Positions 35,917 through 45,276 are shown, counted from the first letter of the stretch. The stretch: 64,000 bases of DNA from an uncultured delta proteobacterium (GCA_963728565.1 CAVSLC010000010.1:1-64000), one strand, 5' to 3'. The notes: generated by a model not told the origin, from the sequence alone. Made by a program: numbers and translations.

Positions 35917-36288
35917 CTATTCCCGATAAGCGATCGTGCTGAGTAAAGCGTTTTCTGCTTGACGAGAATCGAGGCGTGTGTGCTGTACCACGATCGGCAC
36001 GTCGGATTCGATGACGCTGGCAAAATCGGTAGCCGGCGGAATGTTTTCCGGATCCCTCAAATCGTTAAATCGCACGTGCTTCGTCCGGCGCGCCGCTACT
36101 GTAATCGCATAGGGGCCGGCAGGTTCGCGATCAGAGAAGAAGACGGTAATGAGGACGTGAGCATCCTGATCCGCGGTGTTGAGCAAGCAGACGGTCTCAT
36201 GGCTGGTGAATTCAGGCTCGGGACCGTTGCTCCAGCCGGGAATATAGCCCTCCGGGATTGCCCAAAGCCTCGCTCCGATTGCCTTCAT
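35917..36288 (-). CDS. Anabaena sensory rhodopsin transducer (ASRT/DUF1362) family protein
   Basis: IG..WAIPEGYIP..SHETVCLLN..RRTKHVRFNDL..SDVPIVVQHTRLDSRQAENALLST. Confidence 0.92.
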   Translation of the reverse strand: MKAIGARLWAIPEGYIPGWSNGPEPEFTSHETVCLLNTADQDAHVLITVFFSDREPAGPYAITVAARRTKHVRFNDLRDPENIPPATDFASVIESDVPIVVQHTRLDSRQAENALLSTIAYRE

Positions 36289-36312
36289 GTGTCTCTCCTA
36301 AACAGCGCAAAA

Positions 36313-36328
36313 CGCAACCAGCATGCCA
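36313..36328 (-). promoter_or_regulatory. sigma54 -24/-12 promoter
   Basis: TGGCATGCTGGTTGCG on the minus strand, just upstream of the ASRT RBS. Confidence 0.8.
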
Positions 36329-36530
36329 GTACGAGTTGCGATTCGTCTTCAAAAAAGTGCTTTGTCCCAGGCGGTATTCACCCTCGCGCGAGACGGCAGC
36401 CCCGTCGTGTGCTAAGCTGAAGTGTCGTATCTTGATTTATCAATAAGATAGTTAAATGATGACCCAGATTAAAGAGATCTAATCGAAATTTGCATCAACC
36501 CGGTGAGTTGACTGCAAAGATAAGGGCGCA

Positions 36531-38141
36531 ATGTCTGCGAACAAACCAGCGATTCAAAGCCACACTTGTCCGCCGCCGCTCGATGAGAAAGTCCTGGTGT
36601 CACTGTACCAAGGGATTCCTGAGGCGATCATCGTTATCGAGTTTAAGTCGCGCTGTATCGTTTATTGGAATGAGGGAGCAACCTTGTTGTTTGGCTATTC
36701 GGCTCAGGAGGTCTTGCAGCAGACCACCGAACGGCTGTATCTCGACAAAAATTGGTTCGATCGTGTCTATCAAACCTCGATTCCCGACCTTGAGCAAAGC
36801 GGCTGCTGGCGCGGTGAATGGCAGTATCGCCGCCGTGACGGATCGCTTTTTGCCGCGGAAGCAACGTGCACGCTTCTGCAAACTGATAAAGGCGTCTACG
36901 TCGTTAAAGTGATTCGAGAAGTTACCGAACGCAACGAGGCTGAGAAGATTATTCTCCAATTGAATCAGCGTTTGGCGCAGCGCGTGATCGAACAAACATC
37001 CGAGTTGATGTCGAAAACAGAGGAGCTTCAGCACGAGGAGGCGCAACGCAAGCAGGTCGAGCAAATCCTCGGGAATTTGCTCCGCAACATCACCAACTAT
37101 GCGGTACTGATATCCGATGCCGATGGCCGCATCGTTGACTGGAACCGCACCGCAACCCGCATTCTGGGCCGCGAGAGTGACGATATGACCGACCAGCGGT
37201 TGTCGGTTTTTTTTGCCGATCAGGAAGGAAGACAGGCGTTAATAAAAAAGGCGCTTGATGAGGCTAGTGATCAAGGAACATTTCGCGACTACCAACTGTT
37301 GGTGCGCAAAGACGGCTCACAGTTTTATGCCAGAGTCATTGTCTTTGCGCTACGTGACGATGCCGACGGTTTGCAGGGCTTCTTGATTTTGTTGCGCGAT
37401 GACTCGCAGGAACGAAATTTGAGGGAGAAATTACGGGAAAAGGAACATCTGGCGGCGATTGGAACCGCGGCATCCATGCTGGCGCATGAGATTGGCAATC
37501 CGCTGAACGGCATTTCCACCACAGTCCAACTGCTGGAGCGATTTATTAGTCGAGAGGGCACCAAAGCTCCGCCGCACATGCTCGCCACGTTGAAGGATTT
37601 GAAGAGTGAGATCGACCGGCTTACTTCTCTGCTGAACGAATTCAAAACCATTGCCCGACCTCAGAAACTTAGTCTTCAGCCGGTGCAACTCGCCAGCGTC
37701 GTTCAAGAAACGATCTCGGGGTTGGATATGGACGGCAAAGAGGACGTTCAGATTGTGTGGGAGTGCTCGCCGGATCTGCCGCCAATACGCGGCGACGGGG
37801 CAAAACTCAAACAGGCGTTACTCAATCTTTTTAAAAATGCCGTAGAGGCGATGCCATACGGCGGTACTTTGTCTGTAAAAGGATACTTGAGCGGCGGCTC
37901 GATCTGCATCGATGTCAGTGACACCGGTATGGGTATTCCCGATGATCTTAAGGTTTTTGATCTGTTCAGCTCGACCAAGCCGCACGGCACCGGGTTAGGG
38001 TTGTTCATTGTGCAGCAAATTATCCTTGCCCACGATGGCGTAGTTTCTTACGCCAGCACAGTAGGCAAGGGCACCACCTTCCACCTGACCTTACCAGCCA
38101 ACGTGACAGCGGAAGCCGCTGCGGACATTCGCCGCAACTAG
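36531..38141 (+). CDS. Cytoplasmic two-PAS NtrB-like histidine kinase
   Basis: AHEIGNPLNGI, NLFKNAVEA, DTGMGI, FSSTKPHGTGLGL. Confidence 0.92.
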   Translation: MSANKPAIQSHTCPPPLDEKVLVSLYQGIPEAIIVIEFKSRCIVYWNEGATLLFGYSAQEVLQQTTERLYLDKNWFDRVYQTSIPDLEQSGCWRGEWQYRRRDGSLFAAEATCTLLQTDKGVYVVKVIREVTERNEAEKIILQLNQRLAQRVIEQTSELMSKTEELQHEEAQRKQVEQILGNLLRNITNYAVLISDADGRIVDWNRTATRILGRESDDMTDQRLSVFFADQEGRQALIKKALDEASDQGTFRDYQLLVRKDGSQFYARVIVFALRDDADGLQGFLILLRDDSQERNLREKLREKEHLAAIGTAASMLAHEIGNPLNGISTTVQLLERFISREGTKAPPHMLATLKDLKSEIDRLTSLLNEFKTIARPQKLSLQPVQLASVVQETISGLDMDGKEDVQIVWECSPDLPPIRGDGAKLKQALLNLFKNAVEAMPYGGTLSVKGYLSGGSICIDVSDTGMGIPDDLKVFDLFSSTKPHGTGLGLFIVQQIILAHDGVVSYASTVGKGTTFHLTLPANVTAEAAADIRRN

Positions 38142-38172
38142 CTTCCGCCGACACGCTGCCAAAATCCTTGGA

Positions 38173-38604
38173 TTACTCGGAGCCGAGGCGACCTTCAAGC
38201 TCTTCGTCTTTGAATGGCAGTCGCTCGACATCTCCATTTGTCCCTAGCATTCGCTGTCTCTTCTCCACGGCGGTGGCGCAATCGATGCAGAGCGCTGCTG
38301 TCGGCATCGCCTTAAGCCGACCGGTACCGATATCATTGCCGCATCGTTCACATTCGCCGAAAGTTCCCGCATCGATTCGTTCAAGAGCATCGTCGATCTG
38401 GCGCAGCAGGGTCTGGCCCCGCTCCGTCAGGCGACTCTCCAAGCGAGTCATGCGATCCTTTTGCGCGCTCTCTTCGAGCTCGCTCTCACGATCTTCTAAC
38501 GATGGTTCGACTTCGTTCTGGCTGCCGACAATTTCTTGCAGCAGCAGAGATGATCGTTTGCGCCGCAAAGTCGCGCCGAGTTCCTTGGCCAATCGGTTGT
38601 TCAT
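38173..38604 (-). CDS. TraR/DksA C4-zinc-finger protein
   Basis: IDDALERIDAGTFGECERCGNDI..RLKAMP.A.LCIDC; AAGGGAG RBS. Confidence 0.9.
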   Translation of the reverse strand: MNNRLAKELGATLRRKRSSLLLQEIVGSQNEVEPSLEDRESELEESAQKDRMTRLESRLTERGQTLLRQIDDALERIDAGTFGECERCGNDIGTGRLKAMPTAALCIDCATAVEKRQRMLGTNGDVERLPFKDEELEGRLGSE

Positions 38605-38808
38605 GGAAGTTCTCCCTTGGTTCGCATGATGAAGGATGAGCGCCGAGATGGTAACTGCGACAACGTCACGAGTCATCCTTCTTAGTTATTTTTGCCTCGT
38701 GTCGCCGCTCTCACCGCAAGCCTGATTGCGCGCGCAACGTTAGGCTGCTTCGAGTGCGCGTTACTTGGTTTCAAACGTAAAGCTTCCTCTAAAAGAGGGA
38801 GGTTCGTG

Positions 38809-38824
38809 TGCAAAGCGAGGGCCA
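38809..38824 (-). promoter_or_regulatory. sigma54 -24/-12 promoter
   Basis: TGGCCCTCGCTTTGCA on the minus strand, upstream of the DksA-like gene. Confidence 0.6.
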
Positions 38825-39079
38825 AGGATAGGCAGGCGCGCCTTGAAGCTCGTGGTTCATCACTGATGATACAGAAGCACGAAGTGCAGCGCTTAGGGAA
38901 TCAGGCTTACGTGTTTCAACGTCCTAGAGTTGGCATACTAGTCGAGTTCGTCGTCCCACGAGTGGGAAGAGAACATCCGGCGCAGTAATTTGTTTGAGTT
39001 CTCCGTTCTTGTGAAGCTCAACAGAACACAACTGCCTCTAGGCATCAAATGCCTCCACGAAAAAAAATTTTACTCATCG

Positions 39080-39095
39080 TGGCATTTCAATTGCG
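39080..39095 (+). promoter_or_regulatory. sigma54 -24/-12 promoter
   Basis: TGGCATTTCAATTGCG. Confidence 0.8.
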
Positions 39096-39144
39096 TTTGT
39101 CTATGCCGCAGTACGGTAAAGATAATCAGACAAGGGGCAAACAG

Positions 39145-39906
39145 ATGGGAACGATCGCCGGAATTTTCAATTCGAGTAAGGAAGCCGAACGGGCCTTTTC
39201 GGCGCTGCAAACTGAGGCGGGCTTTAGCAATGAAGAAATTGTGCTGCTGGCTCCCGGAAGCTCCGCAAAAGAGCTCGATGCGGTCCCGACCGATGAAGGT
39301 GAGCAGCCCGGTATGGGACGGGCAATCGGTGGCGTGGTTGGCGGCGCGGTTGGGCTCGCCGCCGGAAGTGTTGTCGCGAACCTGGTTTTGCCGGGTGTCG
39401 GTACCATACTGGCGATTGGGTTAGGTGCCGGAGCGTTTGGAATCGGCGGCGCAGTGGCTGGCGCGGCAACCGGCGGCGCGCTTGAGAACCAGCTTTCATC
39501 GGGGCTGCCCAAGGATGAGCTGTTCTTTTATGAAGATGCTTTGAGGCAGGGCCGCACCGTACTGATTGGCACGTCCACAGACGACGAGGCGATTGAAAAA
39601 GGGCGGTCTGCGATCGAACGAAATGGCGCTGAGAGCATCGATGCTGCGCGTGACAAGTGGTGGATCGGACTGCGTGATGCAGAAGCAGCGCAGTTTGATG
39701 CACCGGACGCCTTTCGAGAAAACGAAGGTCTCTATCGCAGTGGCTTTGAAACAGCTCTCCATCCTGATTACCGCGGTAAAGCCTATGAAGCTGCGGTACC
39801 GAAGCTGCGCGAGTTGCGGCCGGATATTTGTGAGGACGAAACGTTTCGCCGCGGTTACGAGCGCGGTCGCGCCTATTACGCCGCCCGAGAAAAGACTACC
39901 CCATAA
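39145..39906 (+). CDS. General-stress membrane protein (YflT/GsiB-like fold with glycine-zipper hairpin)
   Basis: TIAGIF..EAERA..L; GGVVGGAVG..LPGVG..GGAVAG; GLPKDE..YEDALRQG. Confidence 0.75.
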   Translation: MGTIAGIFNSSKEAERAFSALQTEAGFSNEEIVLLAPGSSAKELDAVPTDEGEQPGMGRAIGGVVGGAVGLAAGSVVANLVLPGVGTILAIGLGAGAFGIGGAVAGAATGGALENQLSSGLPKDELFFYEDALRQGRTVLIGTSTDDEAIEKGRSAIERNGAESIDAARDKWWIGLRDAEAAQFDAPDAFRENEGLYRSGFETALHPDYRGKAYEAAVPKLRELRPDICEDETFRRGYERGRAYYAAREKTTP

Positions 39907-40153
39907 TACTCGCCGCACGACGATATCGCCAGGAAGTGCGCTGGAAGCCAGTCGTCTCATACATCATCCGATGATCCGCCTTTCTTTGCCGCGTAGAAGC
40001 GCGCTCAGGCCCTGCATGTAGCTGATCTGAGAAAATGTCTCGTTCGCTGTGTCGCAATCGCTACAGCTCGACCGCTATCGTGTCCGTTAGCTGAACTCAG
40101 CGCCCTAAGGTGTTCAATAGGTGAGTCGCCGGAATGCGCTACCTCGGCGGTGC

Positions 40154-40169
40154 TGGCATATCGATTGCT
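40154..40169 (+). promoter_or_regulatory. sigma54 -24/-12 promoter
   Basis: TGGCATATCGATTGCT; TGT-N12-ACA at 40048-40065. Confidence 0.85.
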
Positions 40170-40214
40170 CTACTTACCTCGGTGCGATCGAACACAACCC
40201 GAGGAGGAATCAAT

Positions 40215-40988
40215 ATGAAAGTGCGCTATCTGATGTTAACAGCTGCTGTGCTAATCGCCCCTGCGCCGGTACTGGCCGCAGACGGCGCCGCCAAAAAAGG
40301 CGCTAGCGATCAAAGCCGTTACAGTGATCGTGACATGAGAAAAAATTATGACGATGAAGAGCAGAAACTGGAGCAGGCGCTGAAGGCCGGACAGGACAAG
40401 AACTTTTACCGCCGCGAGCTGGAGAAGATGGGTTATCAAATTACCTCAATTAATTATGACAAACCGGATTATGTCGAATACGAGATCGTCAAAGGCAACA
40501 ATTCCTATGAGGCACAGCTCGATTTTGACAAAAGCGGTAAAGCCACAAAAGTCGACATTGCTCCGAATTTGTGGCGCACGGATTCTACCAAGGCCGCTTT
40601 GCGAGGAAAAAAGGTTTCCGCGCCAAAGGGCGCGATAGCTAACCCTGAACGTTACAGCGACCGGGATCGGCGCAAGGCTTACGACAGCGAGGAGGAGAAG
40701 CTGGAGAAGACACTGAAGACCGGCGAAACCAAGCAGAGCTATCGGAGCCAGCTCGAGAAGATGGGTTACAAGATCACGTCCGTCAATGCTGACAAGCCCG
40801 ATTACGTAGAGTACGAGATCGTCAAAGGCAACGACACCTACGAGGTGCAGATCGATTTTGACAAGAACAGCGGCAAGGCCACCAAAGTCGACGTGACTTC
40901 GAATTTGTGGCAAGCGGAGGCAACGGACAAAGCGCTGAGCCAGAGACGAGAAAAAAGTGACAACCGGCAGGCGAAGCCGGAGAAATAA
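40215..40988 (+). CDS. Secreted protein with two PepSY-like repeats
   Basis: GAGGAGG RBS, signal peptide VLA-A, duplicated LEKMGY.ITS.N.DKPDYVEYEIVKG..YE..DFDK..GKATKVD. Confidence 0.8.
   Translation: MKVRYLMLTAAVLIAPAPVLAADGAAKKGASDQSRYSDRDMRKNYDDEEQKLEQALKAGQDKNFYRRELEKMGYQITSINYDKPDYVEYEIVKGNNSYEAQLDFDKSGKATKVDIAPNLWRTDSTKAALRGKKVSAPKGAIANPERYSDRDRRKAYDSEEEKLEKTLKTGETKQSYRSQLEKMGYKITSVNADKPDYVEYEIVKGNDTYEVQIDFDKNSGKATKVDVTSNLWQAEATDKALSQRREKSDNRQAKPEK
40317..40940 (+). repeat. Intragenic tandem duplication, period 333 bp
   Basis: CGTTACAG.GA.CG at 40317 and 40650, with near-identical downstream codons. Confidence 0.9.
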
Positions 40989-41158
40989 CAAGCTAAGCGG
41001 TGACCAATTGCCAGTCGCGGACGAACGGTTCTGAAAGCGGGAGAGTTGCGCGGCGGGACTTTAACAGAGCGCGCAACGGCGGGTCCGAATTGACGATGGC
41101 ATGAACAGCTATGCCGAAGCGATAGGAGCGTCTGAATCAGCAACCATGGAGGACGAAC

Positions 41159-41311
41159 ATGAGCACTCTTCTAGTCATCATTCTTATACTCTTGCTTATC
41201 GGCGCTCTCCCGACATGGCCGTACAGCGGCGGTTGGGGATATTATCCTAGCGGCGGTCTTGGCCTTATATTATTGATTATCATCATCCTAGCGTTGATGG
41301 GCCGCCTATGA
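41159..41311 (+). CDS. DUF3309-family small membrane protein (50 aa, absent from ORF track)
   Basis: GGAGG RBS; LLIGALPTWPYSGGWGYYPSGGLG. Confidence 0.92.
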   Translation: MSTLLVIILILLLIGALPTWPYSGGWGYYPSGGLGLILLIIIILALMGRL

Positions 41312-41356
41312 TCGCTAACTGAATGCCGCTGGCGACGGTGACGCCATTTTCTGATT

Positions 41357-42934
41357 ATGAAGAGGGTTCTAGTTTGGCTCGTAGCCATTCTCGGTTCGCT
41401 TGTCGTAGTGGTAGTTATCGCCGCCTTCTTCCTTGATGAACCGTTACGCCGCCGGACAGAAGCCAAGATCAATGCGGCATTAAAAGGCTATACCGTCCGA
41501 ATCGAAAAGCTGGATTTTCACCCGATCGGATTTAGTCTGGATCTCGAAAATTCAGTGATTACGCAGGATGCAAACCCCGAGCCCGCCGTTGCCGAAATCC
41601 CGAATTTGACCGCCAGCGTTAACTGGAGAGCTTTGCTCTCCGGCCACGTGGTGGCGGATTTCGAAATAAACAACCCGAAGCTGTTTCTCAACTTCAAGCA
41701 ATCCCAGAACGAAATAAAAGACGAAACTCCGATCAACGAGCGAGGCTGGCAGGATGCCGTGCAGGCTATCTACCCGCTCAAGATCAACGAGTTCGTCATC
41801 ACTGGTGGCGAGCTTACCTATGTCGATCAAGGCCAGTACCGTCCGCTCGAACTCACCAATGTTAACCTCACGGCCTATAATATTCGCAACGTCAGATCTC
41901 AAGAAGGCGAATATCCATCGGAGGTTTATATCGACGGAACCGTATTTAAGAACGGCAAAATTGTTCTGCAGGGAAACGCGGACTTCCTTGCGGAACCGCA
42001 CATTGCCATCAAAGCAGAAATCCAGGCGGAGCAAATCGAGCTGGATTATTTCAGGCCGATAACGGAACGTTACAATTTCTCAGTCCGCCGCGGCGTGCTC
42101 AGCACCGCTGGTACTATCGAATACGCGAAGAACAAAAAAATTCTCAGTGTGCCAACGCTCAACGTCCGGAATCTGTTGGCGGATTACGTGCATACCAAGC
42201 CTGCCACCTCTCCGACCAAGGAACTGTCGAAAAAGGCAGATAAGGTCATCCGAGAGCACAGCAACGAGCCTTCCTTTGAATTGGATGTCAACGACGTCAA
42301 TATCAGCGACAGCGAGTTGGGGATCATCAATAAGGCAAGCGAGCCCCAGTACCGTTTGTTTGTCACTGGCGCCCAGGTCAAAGTTCAAAACCTCAGTAAT
42401 CAAGGAGAGGATGGCGCCGCGACGATCACGGCAAGCGGCAGATTTATGAATTCGGGAAAAACCCGTCTGGTGGCGCGCTTGAGACCCAAAGGGAAGAGTC
42501 CCAACTTCGACCTGCAATTAGCCATCGATCAGTCGGAGCTCAAAGCCCTCAATCCTTTGCTCAGAGCCTATGTTGGCGCCGACGTTGTCGCCGGCCAGTT
42601 CTCCTTTTACTCGGAGATCGCGGTGAGTAATGGATCGATCAACGGCTACGTGAAACCATTGTTCAAGGAAGTCGACGTTTACGATCCGAAACAAGATCGT
42701 AAGAAGGGGATCTTCACCAAACTCTACGAAGGCATTTTAGGCGGGCTCTCATGGATTTTGGAGAATCGCCCGCGCGAGGAGGTCGCTACTACCACCAAAA
42801 TTTCCGGCAAACTTTCAGATCCGCAAACCAGCGTGGCCGACATGATCCTGGGTCTTGTGCAGAACGCTTTCTTCAGAGCGATACTTCCCGGGTTGGAACG
42901 GGAGATCGAAATCGGCGGCAGGAAAGGGCGCTAA
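41357..42934 (+). CDS. DUF748 / AsmA-like protein
   Basis: N-terminal TM, ASVNWRALLSG, G.FSFYSE, GYVKPLF, NAFFRAI.PG. Confidence 0.82.
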   Translation: MKRVLVWLVAILGSLVVVVVIAAFFLDEPLRRRTEAKINAALKGYTVRIEKLDFHPIGFSLDLENSVITQDANPEPAVAEIPNLTASVNWRALLSGHVVADFEINNPKLFLNFKQSQNEIKDETPINERGWQDAVQAIYPLKINEFVITGGELTYVDQGQYRPLELTNVNLTAYNIRNVRSQEGEYPSEVYIDGTVFKNGKIVLQGNADFLAEPHIAIKAEIQAEQIELDYFRPITERYNFSVRRGVLSTAGTIEYAKNKKILSVPTLNVRNLLADYVHTKPATSPTKELSKKADKVIREHSNEPSFELDVNDVNISDSELGIINKASEPQYRLFVTGAQVKVQNLSNQGEDGAATITASGRFMNSGKTRLVARLRPKGKSPNFDLQLAIDQSELKALNPLLRAYVGADVVAGQFSFYSEIAVSNGSINGYVKPLFKEVDVYDPKQDRKKGIFTKLYEGILGGLSWILENRPREEVATTTKISGKLSDPQTSVADMILGLVQNAFFRAILPGLEREIEIGGRKGR

Positions 42935-42965
42935 AACAGCTTGGTTACTGAATGAACACCGGTGA

Positions 42966-43763
42966 TTAAGGCTTTTCTTTTTCCTCCGCAGCTTCCGTCC
43001 ATTGCGCTACCTCTTCCGCTGACATGATGTTCAAACGGGCGTCTTTATAGCCCCAATTCTCTGTGTCGACGCGGAATTGTGAACGGGAAAGTAGCGGTCC
43101 CTGGCATATCTGTTCGTCGGCGAACGATTCATCGAACTCCCTTTGAAGCAGAGCGACGAGCCTCTGTTTCACCCAGCGAGGAATTTTTCCCCGTTCGGTG
43201 GGATAGATGAACTCAAACAGGATCACGTGACTCAGAAGCACTCGCCAATGATCGCCAAACAAGCCGATTAACCGTTCCCAGTCTATCGCATCGCTTTGCG
43301 TTCGAATCAGGTGGGCGACATCGGCGCCGTCATAGCGTTCCCGCTCCATGATGAAGGCTTTCTGCCAGATCATTTCTTCGGGAGCGCACAGGAACACCGG
43401 CATGTCGAACACTTCACTGGGGACGGCGCGGTCGAACCAGCTCTCCGTGACTTTGCACAGCCCGTTTCCCGAGCTAAATATCAGATCGACGTACTCGGTC
43501 CGACCGTGGTTGTAAACTTTGCCGAGCCAATGCGAGAATGTCAGCTCGGTGGGATAGCCAGGCTGGGCTAGCGCCTCGAGCGCCGCATGGATGTGTTTTT
43601 CGAGTACAAAGATATCCAGGTCTCTGACTTCTCTCAGGATCCCCGTAAATCGTTGCAGTGCGAACCCGCCGCTGATTAGAAACGGTATTTCCGCCTGCCG
43701 CAGGACATCCAAAACGTCTCGATAAAAGATGTGATTTGATTTCTGTTCAGGCGCGGTTTGCAC
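42966..43763 (-). CDS. Uncharacterised Pol-beta-superfamily nucleotidyltransferase
   Basis: PFLISGGFAL..G..R...DLDIFV; WLGK; VDLIF; PEEMIWQKAF..ERERYDGAD. Confidence 0.85.
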   Translation of the reverse strand: MQTAPEQKSNHIFYRDVLDVLRQAEIPFLISGGFALQRFTGILREVRDLDIFVLEKHIHAALEALAQPGYPTELTFSHWLGKVYNHGRTEYVDLIFSSGNGLCKVTESWFDRAVPSEVFDMPVFLCAPEEMIWQKAFIMERERYDGADVAHLIRTQSDAIDWERLIGLFGDHWRVLLSHVILFEFIYPTERGKIPRWVKQRLVALLQREFDESFADEQICQGPLLSRSQFRVDTENWGYKDARLNIMSAEEVAQWTEAAEEKEKP

Positions 43764-43767
43764 AATA

Positions 43768-44532
43768 TCAACCTTTCATTTGGGGCGAGCCGTTAACCCG
43801 GGGTAAATTCAAAATGCGGTAGGGAAGTTGGCCGGGAAAAGTGTATTCAAGAAGTTTCATTGCAACGTTATAAACCGGCACGCCGGTTTTAGTTTTTCCT
43901 TCAGGAGCGCCATGATGCGCGTGACCGTGAAAGGCAGCGGTCACGGAAAATCGATTTAACGGCTCCTCCAGCCTACTCGACCCTAAAAAGGGATAAATCT
44001 CCAGCGGTTCTCCCACAACCGTCGCGGCAATCGGCGAGTAGTGCAGCAAAGCGATTCGATGCGTCGTGCGCAGCTTGGCCAAAGCCGATTCGAGCTTTAG
44101 AGCCTCGTCCACAGCCTCATGCACAAATCTCTTCATTATGGCCTCGCCCCAGGGCGCAAGCAGCCGTTCGCCAAAGCCACCAGCGAAACCCTTGACTCCA
44201 GCAAACCCGATCCCCTCTATCTCGCATGCCTCGCCATCAAGCAGCAGAACGCCGCCGTCGGTCAGTATCTTTCGCACCTCGTCGATCTTGCCGGACTCGT
44301 ATTCGTGATTACCCATTACAGCGATGACGGGGATCCGTTTAGTGAGCTCGCTTAATTCTTTTACCAGCACGTGCGCTTCTTCAGGCAGGCCGTAATCCAC
44401 CAAATCACCACACAGCAACAGTATGTTGGCGTTCTCGCTGATCTGGGAAAACAGCGCCCTGAATTTGCCGGAGAAATTACTTTTACAATGGAGGTCGGCG
44501 ATAGCGGCGATGTGAATCAAGTTCTCGGCCAT
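43768..44532 (-). CDS. Calcineurin-like metallophosphoesterase
   Basis: ADLH, GDLVD, GNHE, LLHY, HGHAH. Confidence 0.92.
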   Translation of the reverse strand: MAENLIHIAAIADLHCKSNFSGKFRALFSQISENANILLLCGDLVDYGLPEEAHVLVKELSELTKRIPVIAVMGNHEYESGKIDEVRKILTDGGVLLLDGEACEIEGIGFAGVKGFAGGFGERLLAPWGEAIMKRFVHEAVDEALKLESALAKLRTTHRIALLHYSPIAATVVGEPLEIYPFLGSSRLEEPLNRFSVTAAFHGHAHHGAPEGKTKTGVPVYNVAMKLLEYTFPGQLPYRILNLPRVNGSPQMKG

Positions 44533-44663
44533 GCATGCGCCCTTCGTTTACTCGATCGCAGTTGTCTCTGGATCTGATCGCGACAGAACAGCGGCCATCG
44601 AGCTATACCGCCGATGACCGCCGGGGTAGGGGATAACCAAAGAGCCTCTCTGCGCCAGCTTGA

Positions 44664-44861
44664 TTATAGCGTGCGTTCCCAATCGCCGACTTGACGCTCA
44701 GCTTCTTCCTTGCTCAGACCGTATTGCTTCTGAATCTTACCGACCAGCTGGTCGCGCTTGCCCTCCACCTGATCTAACTCGTCATCGGTAAGTTTGCCCC
44801 ACTGTTCTTTAGCCTTTCCTTTGAATTGCTTCCAGTTGCCTTTCAATTGATCCCAGTTCAT
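44664..44861 (-). CDS. csbD: CsbD/YjbJ-family general stress protein
   Basis: MNWDQLKGNWKQFKGKAKEQWGKLTDD..GKRDQLVGKIQ..YG; AGGAGG RBS. Confidence 0.95.
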   Translation of the reverse strand: MNWDQLKGNWKQFKGKAKEQWGKLTDDELDQVEGKRDQLVGKIQKQYGLSKEEAERQVGDWERTL

Positions 44862-44904
44862 AGCAGGCCTCCTGTGTAGGTTGATTTCCAATAGGGGCCA
44901 AGTA

Positions 44905-44920
44905 GGCAATCGACATACCA
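44905..44920 (-). promoter_or_regulatory. sigma54 -24/-12 promoter
   Basis: TGGTATGTCGATTGCC on the minus strand; TGT-N12-ACA at 44994-45011. Confidence 0.7.
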
Positions 44921-45071
44921 GGAGCATTTGAGACGATCCGTAAACGGCTGACACAATTTCCCGTCCCGGAAGTGCCGCCGGGAAGTAATTGTATGTCTTG
45001 GAATCGGCACATAGTGTCTCGGAGCCGAATAGAGCAGCGCCGTACCACGCTGTCTTGGAGCCCAGAAAAAC

Positions 45072-45236
45072 TTACTCTGGCGCCGAGGGTTTAGCTCCCG
45101 ACGTTTTTCGGTTGCGACAATCCTTTTCATGCTGCTCTGCTTCCGCCAATGAATTGAATTTCTCGCCGCATGAACGACATGGAAACTCTTTATCCTCGAT
45201 GTCTTTGCGCTCGGGTACACGTGGATCATTTTTCAT
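45072..45236 (-). CDS. 54-aa single C2HC/C2H2-type zinc-finger protein (absent from ORF track)
   Basis: GGAG RBS; MKNDPRVPERKDIEDKEFPCRSCGEKFNSLAEAEQHEKDCRNRKTSGAKPSAPE. Confidence 0.75.
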   Translation of the reverse strand: MKNDPRVPERKDIEDKEFPCRSCGEKFNSLAEAEQHEKDCRNRKTSGAKPSAPE

Positions 45237-45260
45237 ATTAATCTCCGCGGCTACGTGACG

Positions 45261-45276
45261 TGCAACCGATATGCCA
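45261..45276 (-). promoter_or_regulatory. sigma54 -24/-12 promoter
   Basis: TGGCATATCGGTTGCA on the minus strand. Confidence 0.85.

Noticed and set aside
40317-40940. Direct repeats as a possible CRISPR or mobile element
   Set aside because: In-frame protein domain duplication with no repeat-spacer structure
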